Origin: a virus
Reading direction: 5' to 3' (one strand)
DNA length: 64,000 nucleotides
IMG/VR virus record: IMGVR_UViG_3300035181_001055
Location: 1-64,000 of that record
Each line of letters begins with the position of its first letter. Positions within the stretch are counted from its first letter, which is position 1. Shown piece after piece: positions 1-8,153 of this stretch. The notes below the pieces were generated by a model. The model searched no databases, was not told where the DNA came from, and was given only the letters and a program-made list of their open reading frames with translations. The position numbers were made by a program, and so were the translations under genes.

Positions 1-54
1 AACGTCGAGCTAAGAAAATGGCGAAGAAAGGTGCTGCGAATAAGGAGAAAATTG

Positions 55-411
55 ATGAGCGTGGAAATTGAATCTGTTTATAATTTTACTGCGAAAGTGA
101 TAAATGTTGTTGATGGCGATACGATCGACGTTGATATCGATCTTGGGTTCGGTATCAGAAAGAAAACGCGATTGCGCCTATATGGCATCAGCGTCCCAGA
201 GAAATCTTCATCAGACCCAAAAGAAAAAGAAGTAGCCGATAAAGTTCGCGAGTATTTGAAATCTCACATTGAGGGGAAAACGGTAGAAATTCAGACACTT
301 AAGGAATATGGCAGATACTTTGCTATTGTATATCTTCAAGGTCTAGGGAGCATCAATCAACTAATGGTTGACAAAGGATACGCTGTGCCATATTTCAGCG
401 ACCATAAATGA
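55..411 (+). CDS. Thermonuclease (SNase-like) family nuclease
   Basis: VINVVDGDTIDVDIDLGF...RLRLYGI.VPE...YGRY...INQLMVDKGYA motifs; ATG at 55 follows AAGGAG. Confidence 0.85.
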   Translation: MSVEIESVYNFTAKVINVVDGDTIDVDIDLGFGIRKKTRLRLYGISVPEKSSSDPKEKEVADKVREYLKSHIEGKTVEIQTLKEYGRYFAIVYLQGLGSINQLMVDKGYAVPYFSDHK

Positions 412-419
412 TTTTCAAT

Positions 420-497
420 CGGTGTGTAGAGCAGTCAGGTAGTCTCGTATGGTTTGGGACCATAAGGTCGTGAGTTCGAATCTCACCACACCGACCA
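420..497 (+). tRNA. tRNA-Pro(UGG)
   Basis: CGGTGTG/CACACCG acceptor, TATGG-ttTGGga-CCATA anticodon arm, GTTCGAATC T-loop, encoded CCA. Confidence 0.95.
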
Positions 498-505
498 ACA
501 AATAA

Positions 506-581
506 GCGCCCATAGCTCAGCGGAGGAGAGCGATGCTCTGATGGAAAGAGCAACAAACTTCATTTTTATGAATAAAAATAC
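506..581 (+). pseudogene. Degenerate tRNA-like duplicate of the adjacent tRNA-Arg
   Basis: First 17 nt identical to 582-598; D-arm and a TGCTCT/AGAGCA stem present; no T-arm or 3' acceptor strand. Confidence 0.55.
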
Positions 582-657
582 GCGCCCATAGCTCAGCGAA
601 GAGAGCAATGGATTTCTAATCCATGGGTCGGAGGTTTGAATCCTCCTGGGCGCGCCA
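582..657 (+). tRNA. tRNA-Arg(UCU)
   Basis: GCGCCCA/TGGGCGC acceptor, ATGGA-ttTCTaa-TCCAT anticodon arm, CCA end. Confidence 0.92.
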
Positions 658-669
658 ATAATATCAAAT

Positions 670-746
670 GCCCCTGTAGCCCAATTGGCAGAGGCAAAGG
701 ACTTAAAATCCTTGTGGTGTGGGTTCGAATCCCTCCAGGGGTACCA
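670..746 (+). tRNA. tRNA-Leu(UAA) with short variable loop
   Basis: GCCCCTG/CAGGGGT acceptor, AAGGA-ctTAAaa-TCCTT anticodon arm, 5-nt variable region, CCA end. Confidence 0.85.
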
Positions 747-757
747 AGAACAATGAC

Positions 758-1309
758 ATGAGAACATCTCAAATCTGGTTCACTAGTGATACTCACTTTT
801 TCCATAGAAATATCATCAAGTATTGTCCCGCAACTCGCGGACAGTTCTCAGATGAAATTCAGATGACTGGATTCATGGTAGAAGCATGGAATTCTCGCGT
901 AAAAGAGGATGACATTGTGTATCACCTAGGAGATGTTGGATTTGGGAAGACGAGCTATTTGGTAGAAGTTATCAATCTTCTAAATGGCAAAAAGATTCTC
1001 GTCAAAGGTAATCACGACAAAAGACATCTCAAATTCAAATCATTCGTCGATGAATGGGAAGAGATTTACGAAGATATACATGAAATAGAAATCAACGGGA
1101 TCTCTATTACTCTTTGCCATCACCCTCTAAAAAAGTGGAATGATATGCAAAATGGCGCATATCATCTTTACGGACACGTCCACGGAAAGCGCATTGGCAT
1201 AGAAAGAGGACGAATGATGGACGTCGGCGTCGATACTAGAAATGATTTAGCGCCTTGGAGTTGGGAAGAAATTGATAACCATTTGAAAAATCGGGAAATT
1301 GTTCTATGA
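758..1309 (+). CDS. Calcineurin-like metallophosphoesterase
   Basis: SDTHF, HLGDVG, GNHD, CHHP, HLYGHVH motifs; the upstream GTG-started extension in the track overlaps the tRNA. Confidence 0.88.
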   Translation: MRTSQIWFTSDTHFFHRNIIKYCPATRGQFSDEIQMTGFMVEAWNSRVKEDDIVYHLGDVGFGKTSYLVEVINLLNGKKILVKGNHDKRHLKFKSFVDEWEEIYEDIHEIEINGISITLCHHPLKKWNDMQNGAYHLYGHVHGKRIGIERGRMMDVGVDTRNDLAPWSWEEIDNHLKNREIVL

Positions 1310-1330
1310 CTGGTTTCATGAGGAACGAAT

Positions 1331-1597
1331 ATGAAAGTGCTCAAGACAATGTATATGCCTGTATCTAAGCAGAACATCATTGATCGAAGATCGCCTCTAA
1401 TCGTGAAAGTGCAATGCTATGAGCACGATTTGGAGCGAAATTGGGTGGAGCTTAGGTCTGGCCGTGTTCTTCTAGAAGGTCACCATGTTTTTAATACATA
1501 TGAAGAAGCTAAGGAGTATCAGAATGCAGTGATTGATTCTATGATTATGCAACTACGGGCTCGTCAAGACAAATTGAATGAAACCAAAGGGGATTGA
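1331..1597 (+). CDS. Hypothetical protein
   Basis: ORF with GAGGAA RBS, in operon context. Confidence 0.6.
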   Translation: MKVLKTMYMPVSKQNIIDRRSPLIVKVQCYEHDLERNWVELRSGRVLLEGHHVFNTYEEAKEYQNAVIDSMIMQLRARQDKLNETKGD

Positions 1598-1600
1598 ACA

Positions 1601-2089
1601 ATGGAAAAGATGGCTAATGTAGTGAAACTCAAATGGTTAGAAATTGAACTGTTGTGCAACGATATCGTGCAGCAGCTGAGAGGAAAATATGATGTCGTGG
1701 TTCCAATTTCTCGCGGTGGTTTGTGCCCAGGAACCATCATTGCGAACATGATCGGGGTTTCGAATGTTCGTCCTATTCGATGGCAAACTCGAGACGGAAA
1801 TTGCAAAGATGAGAGTACTTTGCAAGAAATTGCCCAGACGTATGAAAGAATTCTAATTGTTGACGATCTTCTAGATAGTGGAAAGTGTTTGAAAGAAATT
1901 AGTGAAGCGATACGAAAGGTTAGAGCGCCTCACAAGGATGTGGTAGTTACTTACGCTGTTCTATTGAAAAATATCGCTTACGAACAGCATGTTGACGAAA
2001 TGTACAGCATCGTATACGGTCAACGTTTTGACGGTAGAACTGATAAGAGGTGGATTGTTTTCCCTTGGGAAGCTGATGCTCAAAATTGA
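1601..2089 (+). CDS. Type I phosphoribosyltransferase (purine PRTase-like)
   Basis: VVPISRGGLCPG and ILIVDDLLDSGKC PRPP-binding motif; C-terminal WIVFPWE. Confidence 0.88.
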   Translation: MEKMANVVKLKWLEIELLCNDIVQQLRGKYDVVVPISRGGLCPGTIIANMIGVSNVRPIRWQTRDGNCKDESTLQEIAQTYERILIVDDLLDSGKCLKEISEAIRKVRAPHKDVVVTYAVLLKNIAYEQHVDEMYSIVYGQRFDGRTDKRWIVFPWEADAQN

Positions 2090-2094
2090 TTGAT

Positions 2095-2102
2095 GATAAA
2101 TA
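2095..2102 (+). promoter_or_regulatory. T4-type late promoter variant (GATAAATA)
   Basis: One mismatch to TATAAATA; intergenic, upstream of 2170. Confidence 0.5.
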
Positions 2103-2115
2103 CGAATAGTCAACC

Positions 2116-2157
2116 ATGATACACAATCTTTCTCCTCCTCCTCCTCCTTATTTCTAA
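2116..2157 (+). CDS. Putative leader peptide MIHNLSPPPPPYF
   Basis: ATG at 2116, five in-frame CCT codons at 2134-2148, TAA at 2155; no RBS. Confidence 0.35.
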   Translation: MIHNLSPPPPPYF

Positions 2158-2169
2158 GCCGATAAGAAA

Positions 2170-2649
2170 ATGGACCCTAATTTGACGAATTCTTCATACG
2201 TCATTACTCTAGACTCTCACCAGACAATGGTTGTATTTGGCACAATCATTGCAGCTATTGCTAGCGTGGCATGGCCTATAATACAGACCATAAGAAAGTT
2301 CAGCAGCGATAAAAATGCAGCCTTAAAGAAAAATGAAGCCGAAATTACTCTTTATAATCAATTAAAAGAACAACTAGAAACTTACAAGAAATCTCTAGAT
2401 GAAGCTCGCAATGAAAATCAACATTTATGGGAAATTATTAGAGATCTTGAAAACAGACTTAAAAAGGTTGAGCACATCGAATCTGAAATCGAAATTTTAC
2501 AGAAAAAACTAGAAGAAAAAGATGTTGCCTTATCAAGAAAAGATTCAGAAATATTTCAGTTATCTGCGCAGCTGAAAGAAAAAGAAGAGAAAATAAGAGA
2601 TCTAGAAAAACGCGTTGCTTATCTAGAATCTTTTTATCCGCAACAATGA
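2170..2649 (+). CDS. N-terminal transmembrane + coiled-coil protein (possibly lysis-related)
   Basis: Hydrophobic VVFGTIIAAIASVAWPII followed by a long heptad-rich charged region; late-type promoter upstream. Confidence 0.55.
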   Translation: MDPNLTNSSYVITLDSHQTMVVFGTIIAAIASVAWPIIQTIRKFSSDKNAALKKNEAEITLYNQLKEQLETYKKSLDEARNENQHLWEIIRDLENRLKKVEHIESEIEILQKKLEEKDVALSRKDSEIFQLSAQLKEKEEKIRDLEKRVAYLESFYPQQ

Positions 2650-2677
2650 ATGATTCTATATGAAAATCAAATGAAAA

Positions 2678-2706
2678 GGGGGTCTACAAGACCCCTTAAC
2701 TTTTTG
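2678..2706 (+). terminator. Intrinsic terminator
   Basis: GGGGTC-TACAA-GACCCC hairpin followed by TTAACTTTTT. Confidence 0.65.
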
Positions 2707-2732
2707 ACAGCTTTGCCGTTCTATACTATAAT
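2704..2732 (+). promoter_or_regulatory. Sigma70-type promoter upstream of thyX
   Basis: TTGACA-17 nt-TATAAT. Confidence 0.8.
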
Positions 2733-2756
2733 TGTGTCCTTTCAAAGGAGAATACT

Positions 2757-3626
2757 ATGACGCATCAATCTGAAATTGCTTACGACTCTCGCTATATTCC
2801 CGTTCTCGACTACGGCTTCGTCGGTCTAATTGATATCATGGGAGATGACAAAGCGATCGACGATGCTGCTCGCACTAGTTATGGCGCTGGCACTCGATCA
2901 GTTAATGATATGCGCGGCCTTATTCGCTATCTTGTTCGTAAGCAGCACACATCGCCACTCGAAATGGTGGAGCTCAAGTTCCATCTGAAAATGCCCATTT
3001 TCGTCATGCGGCAGCATGTTAGACATCGAACAGCTAGTCTCAATGAGTATTCTGGTCGATATAGTATCATGACGGACGAGATGTATATGCCTGACCTTGA
3101 TAGGTTCCAAGGTCAGCATCCCGATAATAAGCAAGCGTCGGCTGACTGCCTGGGCGATGATATTGCCATAACACTGGCAAATCGAATGAAAGAAAGCTAT
3201 GATGTTGCTTACACGAACTACCAAAAATCTATCGAAAGTGGGCTAGCGAGGGAACTAGCTCGTATTCAGTTGCCAGTGGCGAATTATACTGAGTTGTATT
3301 GGAAGATTGATTTGAAAAACTTCTTCAATTATGTTCGATTGCGGAATGATCCCAAGCATGCTCAGCACGAGATTGTTTTGTATGCTGATGCAATGTATAA
3401 GTTGGTTAAACCTCACTTGCCTATTACGTGCGAGGCGTTCGAGGATTACTGGCTAAATGGGACGGCAATGTCGAAGATGGAGATGAATTTGCTAACAGAC
3501 CTATTTGACAATTCGAATTGGCTGAGGATGAAGATCCGCCACCAAGACGAGAAAGCATTGGCAGCCTCATATGGGATGAGCGTCAAGGAATTGAAAGAAT
3601 TCAAGGAAAAAATGGGGCTTGAATGA
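2757..3626 (+). CDS. thyX: FAD-dependent thymidylate synthase
   Basis: RQHVRHRTASLNEYSGRY (RHRx7S) signature, HTSPLE, ELARIQLP. Confidence 0.95.
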   Translation: MTHQSEIAYDSRYIPVLDYGFVGLIDIMGDDKAIDDAARTSYGAGTRSVNDMRGLIRYLVRKQHTSPLEMVELKFHLKMPIFVMRQHVRHRTASLNEYSGRYSIMTDEMYMPDLDRFQGQHPDNKQASADCLGDDIAITLANRMKESYDVAYTNYQKSIESGLARELARIQLPVANYTELYWKIDLKNFFNYVRLRNDPKHAQHEIVLYADAMYKLVKPHLPITCEAFEDYWLNGTAMSKMEMNLLTDLFDNSNWLRMKIRHQDEKALAASYGMSVKELKEFKEKMGLE

Positions 3627-4108
3627 ATCGCTGGGATTCTTTGTTCATGGATATCGCAATTCGCATGGCCGAGATGAGTCATGCGAACAAAATGAAAGTT
3701 GGGGCAGTTGCAGTTCGCGATAAACGGGTTATATTATGCGGATTCAATGGCACACCTGAAGGTAAGCCGAATGAATGTGAAAAAAGGGTATATCCGTCAG
3801 TTTCAGATTCTACCGAGGACATCGAGAAAAGGTTCCCATATATAGATGACCAAGGAAATTCTTATTCCTTGGTTACTTTGCCTTCAGTTATGCACGCCGA
3901 AGAAAATATCATTCTGTACAGCAGTAAAAAAGGAATAGCCCTAGAAGGATGTGAAATATTTTGTACACATCAACCCTGTCTAAATTGTGCAAGAATGATA
4001 TATGGCGCTGGATTTAAGCGAGTTGTTTACAAAGAGGATTATCGAAGTAATGAAGGAATTGACTTTCTTCGAGATATGCAAATGTTAGTTGAGAAATATG
4101 TAGGTTGA
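3623..4108 (+). CDS. dCMP deaminase
   Basis: MHAEEN and PCLNC zinc motifs; KVGAV, GFNGTP. Confidence 0.92.
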   Translation: MNRWDSLFMDIAIRMAEMSHANKMKVGAVAVRDKRVILCGFNGTPEGKPNECEKRVYPSVSDSTEDIEKRFPYIDDQGNSYSLVTLPSVMHAEENIILYSSKKGIALEGCEIFCTHQPCLNCARMIYGAGFKRVVYKEDYRSNEGIDFLRDMQMLVEKYVG

Positions 4109-4117
4109 GAGGAACAT

Positions 4118-5938
4118 ATGGAGATTACAAAAAAGGTTAAACATCATACAGGAATTTTGATGGATCTTTCGCGGGATTCGTTTTTTGATGAATTAGGCTT
4201 AAGACGTCTGAAAGATTCTTATATGAGATCAGATGAATCAAGTCCTCAAGAAAGATTTGCATATGTTAGTGCGCAATTTGCATCCGATGCTGAACATGCG
4301 CAGCGCCTATATGAGTACTCAAGCAAACACTGGCTTAGTTACTCAACCCCTATCCTTTCATTCGGTCGAAATGCTAAAGGAATGCCTATTTCATGTTTCT
4401 TGAACTACCTGGAAGATACTGCTGATGGACTAGTTAATAACTTAAGCGAAACCTGCTGGCTTAGTATGATAGGCGGCGGTGTCGGAATCCACGTTGCGAT
4501 TCGCGGATGTGATGAAAAATCGGTAGGCGTCATGCCGCATCTGAAAGTATATGACGCCGCGTCGCTGGCATATAAACAAGGGACCACTCGTCGTGGCAGC
4601 TTTGCCGCTTACTTGCCGATTGACCATCCAGACATTATCCAGTTCATTGAGATGCGCAAACCGACGGGCGATCAAAATATGCGCACTTTGAACCTCAACC
4701 ATGCCATTAGTATTTCCGACAAGTTCATGGAGCTAATTGAGCGCTGCATGCTCGATCCTAATGCTGATGATACATGGGAGCTGATCCAGCCTAATAACGG
4801 AAAGGTCGTTGAAACTGTTTCGGCGCGCGAGCTCTGGCAAAGGATTCTCGAAATCAGAATGCAGACTGGCGAGCCTTACCTATGGTTCAATGATACAGCT
4901 AACCGAGCATTGCCTGACTATCAGAAAGCGAAAGGGCTGAAAATTCATGGCAGCAATCTTTGCTCTGAAATCTCTCTCGTGACTTCTCCAGAAAGAACTG
5001 CTGTTTGCTGCCTCAGTTCAGTTAACCTCGAGTACTGGGACGATTGGAAAGATAATAAGCAATTCCTGCCAGACATCCTTGAAATGCTCGACAATGTTCT
5101 AACATACTTTATTGAAAATGCGCCAGAAACTATTGAAAGAGCGAGATACAGCGCTATGAGAGAGCGAAGCGTAGGCGTCGGTGCACTCGGATTTCATGCT
5201 CTTCTTCAAAAGAAAAACATCGCATTCGAAAGCGTTTTGGCAAAGAGCCTTAACATTCAGATTTTTTCTAATATTCGAACTCAGCTAGACGAGGCCAATG
5301 TTGCTTTGGCGGAAAAACGAGGGCCGTGCCCTGATGCAGCAGATGCAGGCGTCATGAAACGATTGACTCATGTCATGGCAATCGCGCCTAATGCTTCTTC
5401 GAGTATCATTATGGGAAATACATCTCCTAGTATCGAGCCTTATGCAGCAAACGCATATCGCCAGGATACTAGTTCTGGCGCTTACTTGACAAAGAATCGT
5501 TTCTTGGATGAGATCATCAAAAAAGAATCCGCTAAACACGGCGAAGGGTGGTATGAAGATACTTGGGCTAGCATCATCGCAAATGATGGGTCTGTACAAC
5601 ACCTGGATTGGATGGACGAAAATACGAAATGGGTTTACAAGACTGCTTTTGAGATTGACCAACGATGGATTATTGAGCATGCTGCCGACCGTCAGGCTTA
5701 CGTGGATCAGGCGCAAAGTGTAAACCTATTCCTTTTACCAGATGTTAACATAAAGTACCTCCATGCAGTCCATTTCATGGCATGGAAGAAGGGTCTGAAA
5801 TCTCTGTACTACTGCCGAAGCACGAAATTGCGAAAGGCTGACAGAGTTGGGCAAAGTGTAGAGCGCAAGAGAATTGAAGATGAAATTGATATGGCATCTC
5901 TCGCTGAAGGAAACGAATGCATCGCTTGTGAAGGATGA
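4118..5938 (+). CDS. nrdA: Ribonucleotide reductase class Ia alpha subunit
   Basis: ISCFL, GSNLCSEI catalytic motif, IAPNASSS, C-terminal CIACEG redox pair. Confidence 0.96.
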   Translation: MEITKKVKHHTGILMDLSRDSFFDELGLRRLKDSYMRSDESSPQERFAYVSAQFASDAEHAQRLYEYSSKHWLSYSTPILSFGRNAKGMPISCFLNYLEDTADGLVNNLSETCWLSMIGGGVGIHVAIRGCDEKSVGVMPHLKVYDAASLAYKQGTTRRGSFAAYLPIDHPDIIQFIEMRKPTGDQNMRTLNLNHAISISDKFMELIERCMLDPNADDTWELIQPNNGKVVETVSARELWQRILEIRMQTGEPYLWFNDTANRALPDYQKAKGLKIHGSNLCSEISLVTSPERTAVCCLSSVNLEYWDDWKDNKQFLPDILEMLDNVLTYFIENAPETIERARYSAMRERSVGVGALGFHALLQKKNIAFESVLAKSLNIQIFSNIRTQLDEANVALAEKRGPCPDAADAGVMKRLTHVMAIAPNASSSIIMGNTSPSIEPYAANAYRQDTSSGAYLTKNRFLDEIIKKESAKHGEGWYEDTWASIIANDGSVQHLDWMDENTKWVYKTAFEIDQRWIIEHAADRQAYVDQAQSVNLFLLPDVNIKYLHAVHFMAWKKGLKSLYYCRSTKLRKADRVGQSVERKRIEDEIDMASLAEGNECIACEG

Positions 5939-6927
5939 ACGATATGGCAAAAAAGAAACTCAAACTAACTGATGAACGCAACTACTATAAACCTTTCACT
6001 TATCCATGGGCTTTTGAAGCGTTCATGGCAAGTGAGCAGATGCATTGGCTATGGACAGAAGTTCCTATGATTGATGATGTGAGCGACTGGAAGAACAAGC
6101 TGACAGCCGATGAAAAGACATTTTTGACGCACATCCTTCGCTTTTTCACGCAAGGCGATATTGATGTTTCGGGTGCATATGTTAGAAACTATCTGCCTGC
6201 ATTTCCTCAGCCTGAAATTAGAATGATGTTGAGCAGTTTTGCTGCTCGTGAAGCGGTTCACATCGCCGCATACTCGTATCTGATTGAAACGCTGGGTTTA
6301 CCTGAAACGACGTATAACGAATTCTTGCAGTATCAGGAGATGAAAGACAAGCATGAATTCGTTTCTGAGTACGGCAGACAAGATAAAGGGACGATTGCAC
6401 AGCAGATTGCTGTATTCTCTGCTTTCACCGAAGGTATGCAATTGTTCTCGTCCTTTATCATGCTGCTCAACTTTGCACGATTCGGGAAGATGAAAGGCAT
6501 GGGACAAATCATTGCATGGAGCATCGCTGATGAATCGCTGCATTGCGAGTCGATGACTAAACTGTTCCGTGAGTTCATCAAGGAGAATAAAGATATTTGG
6601 ACTGATGATCTCAAGGCACAAATCTACTCCATTGCCGAGAAGATGGTTGACTTGGAAGACAAGTTTATCGACTTGGCATATGGCGTCAACGAGATGGAGG
6701 GCTTGCCGTCGGCTGATGTCAAGAAGTATATTCGTTACATTGCTGACCGACGTTTGATTTCCCTCGGCATGAAAGGCATATTCAAGGTCAAGAAGAACCC
6801 TATGCCTTGGGTCGACGGTATGCTCGGCGCAACCCACACAAACTTCTTTGAGCAACGGGTGGTGGACTACGCCAAGGGCGCGCTAACTGGATCGTGGGAA
6901 GAGATCTGGGCTCAAAAAAACGGTTGA
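5935..6927 (+). CDS. nrdB: Ribonucleotide reductase class Ia beta subunit
   Basis: FFTQGD, EAVHIAAY, EGMQLFSSF, DESLH di-iron ligands. Confidence 0.96.
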   Translation: MNDMAKKKLKLTDERNYYKPFTYPWAFEAFMASEQMHWLWTEVPMIDDVSDWKNKLTADEKTFLTHILRFFTQGDIDVSGAYVRNYLPAFPQPEIRMMLSSFAAREAVHIAAYSYLIETLGLPETTYNEFLQYQEMKDKHEFVSEYGRQDKGTIAQQIAVFSAFTEGMQLFSSFIMLLNFARFGKMKGMGQIIAWSIADESLHCESMTKLFREFIKENKDIWTDDLKAQIYSIAEKMVDLEDKFIDLAYGVNEMEGLPSADVKKYIRYIADRRLISLGMKGIFKVKKNPMPWVDGMLGATHTNFFEQRVVDYAKGALTGSWEEIWAQKNG

Positions 6928-6952
6928 CATGCGAGTAGGGTCATGCTATAAT
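6924..6952 (+). promoter_or_regulatory. Sigma70-type promoter
   Basis: TTGACA-17 nt-TATAAT with TG extended -10; the spacer contains GTAGGGTC. Confidence 0.8.
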
Positions 6953-6977
6953 AATGACATAGAAGAAAGAGATTGTC

Positions 6978-7214
6978 ATGACCCTGCTCGACGCAGTCAA
7001 CGGTGTGATTTTGCTGATGGGTGCGGTTTCTGCGTACTGCATCAGCAGTTCGAATCGAAAAACGAAATTTATCGGATTCTTGGTAGCCGCTTTGAGCGAA
7101 CCATTTTGGCTCTATGCAACTCTTAAGACTGGTGACTGGGGAATTTTTCTCTTGTCGCTTTGGTATCTCGGTTGCAATATTCGAGGGGTAATCAACCATA
7201 GAGGAAACGATTGA
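6978..7214 (+). CDS. Small multi-pass membrane protein
   Basis: Three hydrophobic segments in 78 aa. Confidence 0.65.
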   Translation: MTLLDAVNGVILLMGAVSAYCISSSNRKTKFIGFLVAALSEPFWLYATLKTGDWGIFLLSLWYLGCNIRGVINHRGND

Positions 7215-7972
7215 AAGTAGCAATTGCGAGCGATCTTCATCTGGAGTTTTCGGGTCTGCATGAAAATTTCTTCGGAAATCCAGAAAATGCCGACATTCTG
7301 ATCTTGGCAGGCGATACTGTTGAAAGCAGAAATTTGAGCTATTTCAGCTACGTTTTCAGGCGAATCTCTGAAGATTTTGAAAAAGTTTTCATTGTCTTAG
7401 GTAACCATGAATTCTATTTGAATGAAATTCAGAATAGCGTCAGAGAGATGCTTCATCTCGAAGATGAGTTCGATAACATTCGGATTCTGAATAACAAATC
7501 GTTCATTTTACATGATAAAATCATTTTGGTTGGAGGAACGCTATGGACAAATTACAATAAGCTCGATCCTTTCACTATACATGGTGCGAAGAGTCGCTTG
7601 AATGATTATCGACATATTCGTGTTGGCGATCGGCTTATGATTCCTGAAGATTGCATCGAATGGCATAATGAAACGGTCAATTACATCCAGACGATTGCCA
7701 GGAGCAATCAAGACAAGAAAGTGATTGTTGCAACACATCATGCCCCTACTTTCTTGAGCATCAACTCGATGTATAAAGGAGATTATCACGGGAGCGGGTT
7801 GTTTGCCAGCGACTTGAGCAATCTCATTCTCGATGAAGAGAATATTGTATTATGGGCTCATGGTCATACGCATGATGCATGTGAATATGAAGTAGGAAAT
7901 TGCAAAGTTGTTTGCAACCCCAAAGGATATTCGAAATCTGCTGATTATAAATGCAAGGTGGTCGAGGTATGA
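7211..7972 (+). CDS. Metallophosphoesterase
   Basis: SDLHLEF, LAGD, LGNHEFY, ATHHAP, WAHGHTH motifs. Confidence 0.9.
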   Translation: MKVAIASDLHLEFSGLHENFFGNPENADILILAGDTVESRNLSYFSYVFRRISEDFEKVFIVLGNHEFYLNEIQNSVREMLHLEDEFDNIRILNNKSFILHDKIILVGGTLWTNYNKLDPFTIHGAKSRLNDYRHIRVGDRLMIPEDCIEWHNETVNYIQTIARSNQDKKVIVATHHAPTFLSINSMYKGDYHGSGLFASDLSNLILDEENIVLWAHGHTHDACEYEVGNCKVVCNPKGYSKSADYKCKVVEV

Positions 7973-8100
7973 AAGCAAACAAAATTGCTAAGGACCTGAG
8001 ACATCCTAAGTATCGGATGCGCGTCGTTGTCTCACGCAAAGGCAAAGGCAGCTTCAAGCGAAGGAGCAAGCATGCGAAAAATTTTTCGCTCGATGGTTGA
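7969..8100 (+). CDS. arfA: ArfA-like alternative ribosome rescue factor (43 aa, absent from the ORF track)
   Basis: MKANKIAKDLRHPKYRMRVVVSRKGKGSFKRRSKHAKNFSLDG; KGKGS motif with N-x-IA..L..P..R.RV upstream; GAGG RBS and ATGA overlap. Confidence 0.8.
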   Translation: MKANKIAKDLRHPKYRMRVVVSRKGKGSFKRRSKHAKNFSLDG

Positions 8101-8124
8101 CATGGCTGGCTGTTTTGCTATAAT
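8097..8124 (+). promoter_or_regulatory. Sigma70-type promoter
   Basis: TTGACA-16 nt-TATAAT with TG extended -10. Confidence 0.75.
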
Positions 8125-8153
8125 TATGGCATGTTTGTCCGAGAGGTGTCGTT

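Noticed and set aside
670-746. tRNA with TAA anticodon as an ochre suppressor
   Set aside because: Anticodon UAA reads codon UUA (Leu); a suppressor would need anticodon UUA.
2678-2697. GGGGTC-N5-GACCCC as another cassette palindrome
   Set aside because: The arms are in the opposite order and are followed by a T-run, fitting an ordinary terminator, although it does sit just upstream of a -35.
2757-6927. Group I introns or inteins in thyX/nrdA/nrdB
   Set aside because: The ORFs are continuous and of ordinary length, with all motifs in order.
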